The translations under genes and the position numbers were made by a program. Source: Macrostomum lignano (taxonomy: Eukaryota). Taken from it: a stretch of 64,000 bases of DNA. Numbering within the stretch: position 1 is the first letter of the stretch; every line of letters starts with the position of its first letter. Positions 34,636-61,419 of the stretch are shown in pieces. The stretch lies in NCBI GenBank assembly GCA_002269645.1, contig NIVC01002672.1, forward strand, positions 1-64,000. The letters run 5' to 3'. The notes beneath the pieces are model-generated. The model was not told the DNA's origin. It saw nothing but the letters and a program-made list of their open reading frames with translations, and made no database searches.

Positions 34636-36124
34636 TTTTTCTAAACTTGTCGTAGTCCTGCAGCTGCGCTGTTGCCGATAAAACTGCCGGAAGAGAGGAA
34701 AGCGGGGAAGAGCCGGGGCTCAGAATGCTTCTTAAATGTGAAAAGAGCAGCCGTTGTCTAATTGGCTGACGAGCTCCTGCACTCGCCACTTGAGGACAGC
34801 GCTCTGTCTTGGTTGCCTTGGAGACTTGGTAAAGCTTTCGGCTAAACTCCAGAAATTGCTCCTCATGGCTGGGAGCAGGGGAGAGACTGGCAGAGACTGC
34901 AAGGGGAAGAAGGTTTGTGGGTAAGGTGTAGAGCCAAGAAGTCGCATAGCTGGGTATTTGGTTTCGATATCAAAACACTTTACTGAATTTTCGTCATAAA
35001 ACGTTCACCGAATTGATTTCAATAATTACTAATGATGCAAAAGATTTCATGATTCAGGCAATGATGTTCTGCTCACAGATTTTATGAATTCGCTAAGCAC
35101 CGAATTCCTGGCCCAGCAGTGGTAAAACTTCCCTTCTGCAGTGCTCGGGAGCAAACGTGCAGCTGCTTGTTGATAATGAGAAGGAATGACAGGGCGGTGA
35201 AACTGCTTCAGTGAGTCTGTAAAAATATTGAAGTGGTTAATAGGCTTTGGCGCTGGGCGAAGGCTTGTCCTTTGTTCCTGCCCCCTCATCTCCAGCTTCC
35301 TGCTTTCCAGCCTCTGCGCTATTGTGACGGGCTTCTGGAGTTGGTTCCATTGTTTAGATGGGAACTATCTATCTTGGGGTATTCAAGAGTCGCCTATTCA
35401 GCAAAACCATTCGACCGAGACGCGGAAACTATCGACTGTTTAGGAGAAGGTAAGGCAGACAAACCCCATAAGCGTCTCCCATCGTGGATCCCCGAGGCAA
35501 CCGTTTCAGTTGAACAACAAAGCCGATGCTGCAGGTTAACGCGAGAGTTTGTCTATTTCTATTGACGTGGGGAGCACAGCGAAGCCCTTCTAGATCTGTA
35601 GCTCATGCAGTCTTTTTTTGTAGAGACAAGAAAAAACTTCCCTCTCGAGCTAAAGTAATTTCCAGCCAAATGTAAGAGAGCCGTCAAGCTGAAAGCATTC
35701 CCTGTAGCGATTCTGCGATGGTGCCCCACTAATTGTAGCAATCGGAAGAAACTTTCCTAGAATATTAAAAGGAAAAGGCAAATACACGATCAGTAATTAT
35801 TCACACAGCTTTAATGAACTTTCTCATTTTATCTGAGCTATAAAGTCGTAACTACTGGCACAAGTAGACAGTAGATACACGTAACTACATTGCATGTACA
35901 TGTAAATGTCGAGATGCCGTACTGCTTACTCTAATGTACATGTACTTACAAGTTGTTGTCGCTGATTTTGGAAGCCTGCATTACACAAACCAGAATGTGA
36001 ATAAAAATTCCAGAGTAAAATTAATCTAGCCGAAGAGTACAATAAAAAATTCAGAATTTTGAAACCATACGCTTTCATTTACATGCATAATTATTAAATG
36101 CATGCAGCATGGCTACTAGCAAAC

Positions 36125-36485
36125 CTGGGTTTTTTTTCGTCCGAAATCTAGTTGCCAAATGGCAACTGGAGCTCAAAATCTAGTTGCCAATTGCCATCCT
36201 CAGTTGCCAACTGGCAACTGACTTATTTCAGTGTCCCACTTTATAAAGTTGTTTTTGCAACAATTTTCACGCATTGACGAAAAAATAATATGCTCAAATC
36301 AGCTCAGGCTTCAGGTTTTCAGCCAAGCCAATCTTAGCAGTAATAAAATGTGACAGACTGTTTTATCATTGGCAACTGCCTTGGTTCAAGTTGGTTGCCA
36401 GATTGGCCTCTGATGCCACAAATCCAGTTGCCAATGGCTTTTTGGGTAGCCGGACGTGGCTACCGTATGGCCTAAAAAAACCCAG
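36125..36485. mobile_element. MITE-like element
   Basis: TIR CTGGGTTTTTTT / AAAAAAACCCAG. Flanks ctagcaaac / ctagcaac form a near-TSD. Internal repeated AGTTGCCAA/TGGCAACT motifs. Confidence 0.65.
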
Positions 36486-37051
36486 CTAGCAACAAAGACC
36501 GTTCAAAACTAGCTTAAATTGAGGATTCAATCTAAGTTAAACAGAATCGTGTCCAGAAATATTTCATACAGTTACAGAAGCAATAATTATAAAATTCAAA
36601 GATTCAACAACCAATAAATAACTTTGCAAGCACGCCAAACGTGTCCTAAGGTTTAGAACGAAGTCTTCGAAATAAAGACAATACTTGTTTAAATCAAAAG
36701 CATGCCTGTTTTATCATAGAATATTTACTAATGTATTGCTAACGTCAGAACCGCAGAAAATATATTGCAATATTTTAATGCCTTTTTTCTCTAATTTGTG
36801 CTGAGTTTAACGGCTGCTAAAAGTTGATAACTTCTGAAATGCTGTCATTCCAAGAAACTAACAATTTGTATGATATGGTATATATAAGCTCACGAATTTT
36901 GGTTAGAAGCTATAGCACTAATATAGCACTAGTACATGTTGGCTACGTATCGTCTGTTATTTACTCATTGCTCATTGGTTTATTTTTGGTTAATTAATAA
37001 GTAATTTTTTTATAATTTAATCATAATAATCTTGTGGGCAGGAAGATCAAC

Positions 37052-38945
37052 ATGACAACTAATAGCTCATCTATTACCCATGCAATTTTTGACATGGATG
37101 GACTTCTAATTGGTAAATAAAACACTATTGTATTAGAAGCTTAGATTAAGCCAATTTTCTATCTGCATACTGTTTCTTCCATTTCAGATTCAAATTCAAG
37201 AATTATACCTACTAAAATATAGAACCTAAGCCTAATTAATTTTAATTTGCCTTTTAGACACTGAGTCTGTTTATACAGATTGTTACAATAAATTTTGTGC
37301 TCAATTTGGCAAGCAATTTACTTGGGAAATCAAGCAGAAGCAAATGGGAAGGCCACCAAATGAATCTGCAAAAATAATAATTGGTAAATAATGCAACTTA
37401 TGCTAGTGCAAGTCACTATTGATAAGTAGCTATATCATGTGATTTATATTTTGTATAATAGCTAAAAAGTATGTTGTCAATGTGATAAAAAGTATTAAAA
37501 TTGCTTTTATGCATTTAAATGAATAATAAGTCAATGTATTAGTAAGTTGTATATAAATTAATCAAATGACAAACAAAAAATTCTATACTTGATAATTATT
37601 TGTTATACTTGTTAATTAAAAAAGCTATCTTGGATCTTGGAAAATATTTAAATGATCATCTTTTCAGACCATCTTGACTTGCCCATCACAGTGGAACAGC
37701 ATCATGAAATGATCAATACAATGTTGCTAAAGGAGTTTCCCCATAGCAAGATAATGCCAGGTAAACTTTTAAATATTTTAAGCTGTTTGAAAATTTAGCA
37801 AAGTTAAACTCTTATCTTAATCCGATTGTAGCCATATTTGAAAAACCTAGGCAATGTGTTTTCCCACAAAATTGTGATTTTTAAGTAAATGGCAATAGCT
37901 ATAACTGTCTTAGCATACATATATAAATGCCTCATCATCTAATTGGAGCTATGTAGATTGTAGAACCTGTACAAAACTTATATTTCTTAGAAATAAGTGA
38001 TACATTGATTAGTTCCAGAAGCTATCCATCAAAACCCCAAGGCTATGGGCTCCAATAGGGCTAATCTACTAAGATCCCCATCTACACAGGTGTGAACTGT
38101 CTCCTGGAGCACCTGTGGCAGCACCAGGTGCCCATGTGCATTGCTACTGGGTCGGACCAGACTGGCTTTGATGTCAAAGTTGGCGGCCGGCCGGAGTTGC
38201 TGAGCAAATTCCATCACTGGGTGCTGGCCGGCAGCGACCCAGCTGTGGGCCATGGCAAGCCAGCGCCCGACTGCTTCCTGGTGGCCGCTGACAGGTTCGA
38301 CCCGACCCCGATTGACCCGGCCAGAGTGCTGGTCTTCGAGGACGCGCCAAATGGCGTTGAGGCCGCCCTGGCCGCCGGCATGAAGGTGGGTCCTCGGCGT
38401 GGCCTTCCGGGTCAAACAGATCTTGGTTTAAATTGGCTACGCTCATGTTGCATCAAGTCAGGTCAGATCTAGTCAAAGTCAAGTCAGCTCAATCAATATC
38501 AGGGAAAGTCAGGTGAGGTGAGGTCAGATCAGGTCAGGTCAAGTCGGGTCAGGTCAGGTATGTCAGGAGTCAGGTCAGTCGAGGTCAAGGTCAGGTTAAG
38601 TCGGAACCAGCCAGGTAAGAACGGGTCATGTCAAGTCAAATCAGATTCGGTCGTCAAGTCACGACCGAGGTCGGGTTCTAATTATGATTTCGTTTTAAGA
38701 CGTTCGTAGCAATCAATCGTTACTTTTTACTTTAAACTGTTCCTTCCTTTTTATATTACTTTGACTAGTAGCAAGTATCGTTCTATTTATTTTAACTCCG
38801 GCAGGTGGTCTGGTGCCCGGATCCGCGCGCCGACACCTCGGTTCACGCGGGCAACCCGAGCGTGACTGTGCTCCGGTCGCTGGAAGATTTTCAGCCGGAA
38901 ACTTTCGGCTTACCGCCGTTTCCCACTGGAGACCCCAGCGAGTGA
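37052..38945 (+). CDS. PUDP: HAD-superfamily pseudouridine-5'-phosphatase (HDHD1/GS1-like)
   Basis: Exons 37052-37112, 37258-37383, 37668-37760, 38090-38385, 38805-38945. Motif I IFDMDGLLIDTE, motif II IATGS, GKPAPDCF, LVFEDAPNGVEAALAAGM, C-terminal SLEDFQPETFGLPPF. Confidence 0.93.
38455..38670. repeat. Degenerate (GGTCA/AGTCA)n pentamer repeat in PUDP intron 4
   Basis: Imperfect pentamer run. Confidence 0.75.
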
Positions 38946-39199
38946 CAGTTTATAGCTGTGGCCTTGCTGCCGACGGCTTTTGCACTGTGCAGTCCTCAGA
39001 CTTTCCTGCCTATATATTAAAGCAATTCAATTCACTCTGCATAGTCAGTGTTGAAATAAATGTTAGAACCAATTTAGCTTATTAAAAATGACACTGCCTT
39101 ATGGGCCCCGACTTTGCTACGGATGTCTCAGGAGCTTTTGGTGTTTTATGTTTTCGCACGATGTGCGAGTCCATCGGCCTTATGCATCACAAACTTTGT

Positions 39200-39500
39200 G
39201 GCGGCGTAGCCCAGTGGTCCGGCGCGGCGCTCTGATGTGCCAGCGGCCCAGGGTCGATTCCAAGTGCAGTCAAATTAATAATTTGGGGATAAATTGGAAT
39301 CTCGGCTTGGCTCTGCTTGTGTAAATAACGTCCTTGATGGCCAACCCCCAAGGCACAGTGAAGTGTACATGCCTAACGATAAATTAAGTTAGGGCCGCTT
39401 TACACTTCTGTGTGAGTGTGTGCCTGTGCGAATGACTGCGTACGTATCCTTACGCAATTGTGTGCCTGCTCAGGGGAGTCGGCGGAATGGGCAGTAATGC
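39200..39500 (+). mobile_element. Second, older tRNA-derived SINE family (related copies at about 32845-33040 and 51960-52225)
   Basis: A-box GTAGCCCAGTGG and B-box GGTCGATTCC. Body motifs CCAAGGCACA, TACATGCCT and CTCAGG.GAGTC.G.G.AATGGGCAG recur in the other two copies. Confidence 0.6.
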
Positions 39501-39594
39501 CTCTCGCCGGTTGTGTGACAATGTCGCTTAAAGTGCGCCAGGGTGCACGCAGCCTCCTGCTTCTACATGTAACTACGAGGAAAAACTAACGATC

Positions 39595-39895
39595 ACAAAC
39601 TTCCCCATCTGGAAACTTCACAATCTGGAAGCTTCACAGACTGAAAACTTCACAATCTGGAAACTTCCCAAACTGGAAACTTCCCAAACTGGAAACTTCA
39701 TAATCTGGAAACTTCATAAACTGGAAACCTCACAATCTGGAAGCTTCACAATCTGGAAACTTCATAAACTGGAAACTTCCCAAACTGGAAACTTCCCAAA
39801 CTGGAAACTTCATAAACTGGAAACTTCCCAAACTGGAAACTTCCCAAACTGGAAACTTCCTAAACTGTAAACTTCGCAATCCAGAAACTTCACAT
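39595..39895. repeat. 16-bp minisatellite (CTGGAAACTTCACAAA-type)
   Basis: Direct tandem units. Confidence 0.9.
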
Positions 39896-40418
39896 CGTCA
39901 AAATTGTCAAGTTTTGAATTGGACGCAAGACTTTTCTATATCTATAGAGGAAATTCTCTTTTTAATTTTTAAAGTTCTCAATTTCTCCAGTTGAACCGAC
40001 TTTAAGCGTGTTTGCAATGCCCTGCTTTTTGCTATGCTTTCCGGGCCAATGGCTACCAGGGCCACGAACTCGCCAGCTCTGATTGGCTGAGGGCCCCAGA
40101 TTAATACTGCTTCAGCACCCGCCTCTCTGAACCCTATACTGACCTCATGCTGTCGTCTGCCACGAAATCGCAAACCGAGTTTCAATCCGCAGGGTCAACA
40201 CTGAGCCAGGCTCTGCGACCCCCTTGCAGACTCTCCCCAATTTGGCTGATATTGGAATGATTCAATCTCAGCAGCGCCATCATTAGCCAGCCCTATTGAG
40301 TCTCTCGCGGATAATATATTTGGCAACGAGGAGTCTGCGGCAGCTCGGCATTGCCAACGGCATCTGCTAGCAGCCCGTGTCGATCTGTGATCATTCTTAG
40401 CTCTGCTCTTGACCAACA

Positions 40419-54424
<14,006 letters not shown>

Positions 54425-56917
54425 CTGACAGAGCGCGTCTCCCAGACCACTGCTTTCAAAGTGTCTGCTGGCTTTGGGTGTCGCTTTTGATTAGGAGGCA
54501 TTGTCCTGTACGAAATGAGTCCTAACCAATAACCGTTGGTTCTTGACCATTTTAGAGCAGGCGTTTTTAATTTATTGCAAACTCTTTCCAGCACAGTAAC
54601 TCCATCTCCTCATCCCAGCTCGTAGATAGCTCGTACATCTCCTATTTTGGACTTTTCGATTTACAAACACGAGCTGTGTTCGCCGAGGCTGTTTCACGTG
54701 TTTCTCAAGAAACGTTTAAAAATATGTTTTCAAGCCTAAAAAAAAGTATTTTCAAAGATGTTGAAAACTTTGAGTCGAAACAGAAAGTCTACTGTATCGC
54801 TTTGTGACAATCGCAGGTATCTTCATGGTGAGAGTCAGAACTGAGCAACCAACTGTCAAGTGGACACGAACTTTCAATTAGCAAAGTTGTTTATGCAGAC
54901 TTTTGGCAGACAGCGATGATTAAAATAGCACAGGCTTCATTGCGGTGGTTTATAAATAGAGGTCTTGTTCGCGGTTCCTATGCTAATTTTGCCTTGAATA
55001 ACATGACCATGCAAACTATTTTTGTGTGATAATTATTTACGATTAAAACTGGCTCGCATGTTGCAATAAGCTTCAAGTTCCTTCACTTTGCTGAAAATAT
55101 TATGTTGTTACTTGGGCAGCACAAAGTTTTACCTCTACAGCTGAGTGTACATAACCAACCACTGATTGAGCTCATTCGAAAGCATCAGACGGCAAACTCA
55201 CCAATGCTCTTGCTTTGTTGTTGTTCCGATGTCGTATTTTAGCCGTTTCGGCGCAAAATATACTGTAAACTGTACAGCCTGTACAGTTCTTTGTAGGCCT
55301 CTGGACTGCGCGCTAAGAAAGCTGAAAGGTAATTTATCGAGCATCTAATTCAGCAGTTGATTAGCAATAATGAAGCCCACCCAAGTTCTCTCTTTGGCTA
55401 TTCCAGTTTGATTTCCTAAGCAGCTTAATTTGCTATGAACAGCAAGCGTTGATAAGAGGGCTGGAGCCGATGTGAACTGCGCATGGCTTAGGAACGAACG
55501 GTTTGCAGTCAATACGAATAAAGTACGCCCTTTTGGGTGTAGTGAAGCACCGAATGTGCAATATTATCTTGGTCAAACCTTCCGCCATCGATGCAATTTA
55601 CTCTGCACTGCACTCTTGCTCAGCTCTCGCGCAACTACGCACACCCACTTTTAATTAGGACTGGATTCGAACTAAACAGCCAAGCCGGTTACTGCTGTGC
55701 CTGTACGAGTATTTCTGACTCCCGGCTGATCGGTGATTTTCACGATCTAACAGAGCAGCCTCGGAAGGCTCAGGCAAGTCTATTTCTCTTCGGTATCCGG
55801 ACGACCACCTCCAGCAAGGAAAGTTGTCTGCTGCCTCTGAAGCCTAAAAAGAAAGGAGAGAAGGAAAATGTCACTGTGATTTAGCAGCCGATCAACTCCA
55901 TTGCCTAGAACGACTGCTACTAGAATTCCGGGAGTATGCGCGAGCGAGCAAGAAAACATACTCAGTAGTGGTTGGAAGAATTCCATTATAGGGGGAACAA
56001 TAAAATCGGCTGGATCGCGAGCAGCTTACCAAGCCAGAATGGGTATTGGTTCCCGCCTAAACCGCGAAGGCCAGTGTCTGAGAGGGGGTGAGAGCAGACG
56101 TTGCGCCTTGTCCACCTCCACGCAGCTCGGACCGCCCCCAGCTCGAGTCTCGATACGCTGTGGACTGTGTGGAGAATCGCCACACACACCCAAGGTCCGC
56201 TAGCGTCTCAAGCCCCCTGCCCCGGTACGCTTTCGCCCTTATCGGCCTTGGAAGAAACGGGCAGCGGCTTGGGGCAGTCTAGAGGGGAGATTGTCGCACC
56301 GGGGCAGGGGAGAGAGGCAAGCGACAACCCCAGCGCCGAGTCATAGCAAAATACGAAAGCATTTATGCTTAAGGAACCTCGCGCCCTCGGCCAAGCGTGC
56401 ACGGCTATACACACAATCTGGCTCATGCGATTTCGAAATAGCAGACCAATTTTGCCAGCTAGCAAAGCAAGACGCTTGAGTCAAAACTCGCTGCAGGTCG
56501 GCGCAGCAAGCCAACTATCCAATCCAGCACGTTGCTGCGGCCTGCGCCTCCCACCTGCCTAACTTCAGAAAAGGGTGAACTTAGCAGCGGCCTGCCATTT
56601 AAGCTGAGAAAATAAATAGATAGTGGCAGATTAGTAAAGGGACGGCTTTAATTTTTTGAGAGTAGCCGACAGAGCCATTTACAAAGATAAGGCCGCTGTT
56701 CATGAATGTGAGGTGCCGCTGACAACCAGATAACGTGCCTTCGAACGCAGATCTTGCCAAAGGCACGGGTTTTCGCTTGGCAAAAGTCAGAGCGAGAAAT
56801 TTTGGTGACTAACTAAAGGCGGGACTGAGAAGAAACAATCACGTGCTCTGAGCGCTGAGTTGGACGCAGCAAACGGGTGCGGGAATCGCAGCGGGATTCA
56901 AACGCCAGAGAGACGCG

Positions 56918-59900
56918 ATGGCGGCAGCGCAAGTCACGGCTGGCTTGGCGAACCCACTGGTGGACCTCCTGGAGCCGGCTTTCAATGGCGGCATCCTGAA
57001 TCCGCTGCTGGCCTGGGCCGCCGGGGCGCTACCCGACCGCCTGTCGATGTCGGATACTCCGGCAGGCGTCTTGCATCGAGTTGTCTCCGCGGACGTCAAT
57101 AGGACGGGTTCAGATAGTCTCGAGTCCGTGCTCAAAGTCTGGCTTAATGGCCGGCTGCACTCTCACCTGGTGTATTTTATTCTGTCCGGCCTTTTGCTAC
57201 TAATCTGGCTGGTTGCCTGCTGCTTTCTTCTGGGCGTCACCCTGCGCAGAGAGCGGCACCGGCGGGCCCGTCTGAAACGAATTCTACTGAAAAACGACGA
57301 TCAAGTGGACGCGCCGGACGAGAAGAGCGTGGCAAGGCAGCTTCCGCGCTCTCAATACCGACGATTCGGCGCCATGGTAATTCGACGAGTGCGCAGATGG
57401 ACGCGAAACCGGCACCAGAGGAAACAAACCGCGGAAGTGGAGGGTGCGACCGGTAAAAACTGGACCAAAGAACAGTTGAACGTTCAGACTGAAAGTAATA
57501 ACAACCACAATAGCAGCCGCAATGGTCCCAATAACGGCTATGACTTGACGGACAACACCGATCCGTGGTCCATGACAGAATCGGCGTCGACTCAGACGAC
57601 CACAAAAACGTCGTCGCCGGGGAAAGCAGCCGCGACGGAGGTTGTCCGAGCTGCAAACCTTTCAGCTAAAACTATATCGGGAAGAGATCACCGACTGCTG
57701 GCTCAGACCAGCGTAGCGACTTTGGCCACTCTGCTGTGCGTCGCCCTACTGGTTGCCTACTGCACCCAGGCTGGGGGGATCCTCGCCTTGGCTTCCAGGG
57801 AGAGGGACGCCAACTCGGCGCGGTCCATTGTCTCCGCCACTGTCGGTCACCTGGACAGGTTCCTGACTCGAGCATTGGTTGAGTCCAATCGGACTATTAT
57901 TGACACGTTTGAAACCGCCTATCCATCGGTGGAAAAGCTGTTTACAGATTTTGGAACTGAGCTGCTCGAGCTGCTTATGGCTGACTATGGCATCGATAAG
58001 TTGATTGGTAGGTTGACTTGAATTTTGCGATGAACCTTTCCCAATTCACTCCTTTACGGAGGCCTAAAAACTAACCCTTTACAAGAAAGCGAAACTTGAA
58101 CTAAACACATACAGGAGAGCAAAAAAGAGCTATATTTTTCTGCTCATCCATTCTCACTGCCAGGTCACCTGGAGTACTTCCTCACCACTGTAAACAGCAC
58201 TGTAAACACTATGCGCGATATTGCCAGCGCCAGGGAGACCGTGATCAAACCGCTGCAGCAGTTCTCCGCCCAGCTGCAGGTCCATCGGGACTCTCTGCAA
58301 GATCCGTTAAGCGCTGTCTGCGACCGATTCGGCAACCTCTTCCCCACTGGACACTGTGCCTCCCTGGTGACTCGCCTGACCGAACTGCGACTGGGCATCA
58401 ACGATACAAAACTGGAGACAGACTCCAGCGTTGCCATAGTGACGCTTCTCAACAAGATGGTCAAGCTGGACATTGACAATGTGCAGAAGCAGGTGCAGAA
58501 GGCAAAGGAGTCGCTATCTACGGGTCTACAAGCGATTTCAGGCGTGGTCCGCCAGCTGCTGAACGGGCTGGTGGACACGGTGTCGTCTCAGTTCGAGCAA
58601 GCGGAGCTCTCAATCGCCGTAGTGAAGGCTGGCTTCGACCGAGCAGCCAGAGATCCGGACCTTTGGGACGCAGTGGAGACGGCAGGTCAAGCTGTACTCA
58701 TCCTGGTGATTCTCTCCTGCATTGTGTTTCTGCTCACTTGCGCGAAATGCTGCATCCTGCTGTGGGCCCTGGCTCGCTACCTGCGCACTGCCTGCCGGCT
58801 TGACCGCATGCCCTCGGTAGTGGTGGTCGCCGTGCCTACCCAGGGCCCCGCTCCCGTCGAGCTATCCGCGAACTCGTCGCCACTTCGCCGATCGTCTGCT
58901 TCGTCCACAACGTCGGGTTTCTCCAGTGGCGGCTTCTCGAGTCCTCGCTGGTCGCCGCGTTTCGTCGATCGCAGCGTCGGGTTTACAGTAGTTGAGCACG
59001 AAGACTCCTCTGGGCGATTTTCGCGTCGGCGCCAGAAACTTCGCCGCCTCCAGGATCGGGAGTGGAAGGGCTTCACGTACTGTTGCTCGTTCGACTGCTC
59101 GGTTGCTATGCTCGTCGGCGCGATAGTATTGCTGCTGCCGCTGATGTTCAGCCTGGCGTTGTTCTACGCCACCGGCGAGCTTCAGGTCGACGTCTGTCGG
59201 TACCTCGCCAGTTCGTCTGGCAACCGCGTGTGGGATGCCCGATTGGACGAGTTCACCGAAACCCGGCTGTGGCCGCTGGTGAAAGACGCGCTCGACCAGC
59301 GGACGGGACTGCCAATCTCGCTGCCAGCTCGACCGCCTGGCAGCCTCATCGCGACGGTGCGGGGTAGCTGCGGTGACCCGAACTCCACACTGTTCAGTGT
59401 ATTCGGTCTGACAGGTAAACTTAAGCTCTCAAGTAGTTCAATCTCCATGGGCTCTAACTGATGCAAATTTATACGGAATCGTTTGCCCTCTCAGGTCTAC
59501 TCAACGCCACGGCGCTGCTTTCAAGCAACCTGACCCAATCCCAATTCCTCACGGGGCCAGCCTAATCAAGAACCAGATCAACGCTACTGACGCCAATGCC
59601 TTGATCCCACCGGAGCTCGATAGCCTGACCTCGGTGCTGCCGCAGTTGGCAGGACTGCTCGATGCCGAGGACTACACCGACTCAATCGCCGAACTCGGGA
59701 AGCCGCTGCTCGTTATGCCGCAAACCGACGTCTTCATAGTTGAAGTGGCGAACGTAGTCGCTGCCGCTCTGGCCAATGAGCCAGGCAACAGCGACGCCGT
59801 AATCCTGCGGCACTCCCTCGCGCAGCTGAATGCGTCTATGCAGCGCTCCGCCGGTATTAAAGACCGCCTCGCCGAGCTTCGTCAACGCTTCCAACTGTTG

Positions 59901-60467
59901 CAGGCTTCGCGCAACTTCACGGGCCTAACTGGCAGCCTTCTGACCGCCCTTAGCGATGTTCAGGCCACGCTGGCTGACAAGCAGGGCATGCTGGACCGCG
60001 TGGACGCTCGGTTCGGACCCTGTCTGGCCAGGCACCAGCCTCTGTTCGCTGCCTTTCTCGACCCTCTGGCCTCTGGCCTGTTAGCCAACGTCGGCCACTG
60101 TGACGACCTACGACTGGCGGTAGAGACGCTCTCAGCTGACTTGTGCTCGGAGGCGGCGCCCAAGGCGAACCTGGCCGCCTTTCTGCTACTGCTGACCTCG
60201 TGCTTCTTTGCCGCTCTGTTCGGCCTGAGCTGGGGGCTGCTGGTTCGAGTTGGAAGGCACCAGGCGGCGGTGCTGCAATTCGAAATCGAGGCGGCTGTCG
60301 CTCCCGCAGTCCCGCAGTCCATTGAAGCTCCCGCAGTCAACGCCAGCAACTGGATGACGCGTAAAGTTTCGCCCGTGCCGGAGGCTCCGTCGCCGCCAGT
60401 GCCGCCACCCAGACGCCAGCATCGGGAACGGAGACCGCACCTGCGGCTCGGAGAGTCGGAAGTGTAA
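56918..60467 (+). CDS. Prominin-like pentaspan membrane glycoprotein (3 exons; apparent 1-nt frameshift near 59553)
   Basis: Exons 56918-58007, 58164-59414, 59495-60467. Five hydrophobic segments with two large N-glycosylated loops, Cys cluster ACCFLL after TM1, and CR..S..RVWD and GHCDDLRLAVETLSADLC-type prominin motifs. Frames at 59497 and 59601 differ by 1 nt. Confidence 0.8.
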
Positions 60468-60734
60468 ATTCAGTGAAGTCGACCAACTTTGCCAGTCTTT
60501 CTGCACCCACTCCCAAGTCAATAAATCATCTTCGCAACCAGCGCAACTTTAATTAAGTCTCTCGTTCAGCGCCCGCCCCTGCATTTCGAGTCCGTGCTGA
60601 TTTCCATTTACTTTGCACTTTTAATCTTCAGTTTAGTTCTCGATAGCTCGAGTCAGTGTAAAAATGTGCCGCTAATCTGCTCCAGAAGTCACTATTTACG
60701 TATTTGTGTGCCAAAAACTGTTTTATTTTCCAAT

Positions 60735-60845
60735 ATACTAAAAATGGTCTGTCGGTATGTGTGTGTGTGTATGTGTGTGTGTGTGATCGATTTTAGCAAA
60801 AACGGCTCAACCGATTTTCTTCGAACTTGCACTGTTCGATCAGAA
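60735..60845 (+). mobile_element. Possible Helentron/DINE-1-like non-autonomous element fragment
   Basis: TATACTAAAAATGGTCTGTCGGTATG(TG)n..AAAAACGGCTCAACCGATTTT: a microsatellite followed by a motif I recall from DINE-1/HINE elements. Confidence 0.35.
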
Positions 60846-61419
60846 ATTTTCCCGTGACAGTACATGCATCGTGGCTAAGAAATTGCTTGATGCTAAAGGG
60901 ATTAAATATTCGAAAAACATGCTTTTTTGCAAAGGTCAAGCAGCTCTTTCGACTTGAAATGCATCGTAAGAATGCTAGCAGAAAAACTGACTGGTTGAAT
61001 TCTGATTCTGAAATAGATTGCATCACAATACACTTTATTTATCGTCTGTGTACTGGCTGAATTTGACACTCAATTGAATTGCGTCACAGCTTTGAGTGTG
61101 AAAGCATAGCGCAGTACTGAATTTATATTACGTAACCATATTGTAAACTTTCATAGACACTGGTACTGACTTGCCTAAGAAATTGATTATGTCATAACTG
61201 CTTCGTGAGACTTTTTACTCTACCTGACTTGGTGTGAGTGTTGAATTATATAAGTGGTACAACATCACTGATAACTTCGATGAGAGCTAGCCTAGAGCTG
61301 AACAGACCAGACTGCTAATGCAGCGACCTAGGTTCGAATCTAAGTAGTTTAAAAGTAGTAGTGTAAAATTTTTTATTAAAAGGTTTATTAAAGGACTAAA
61401 TAAAAACACTTAGATTACT

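Noticed and set aside
35047-35565. Short ORFs in the lectin/PUDP intergenic region (including an Ig-like 'GKFYHCWARN' string)
   Set aside because: No consistent splice sites or further domain support.
61285-61345. tRNA-Ser(GCT)-like sequence (TAGCCTAGAG...GACTGCTAAT...GGTTCGAATC)
   Set aside because: Stems do not pair properly and there is no long variable arm; more likely a decayed SINE head than a tRNA gene.
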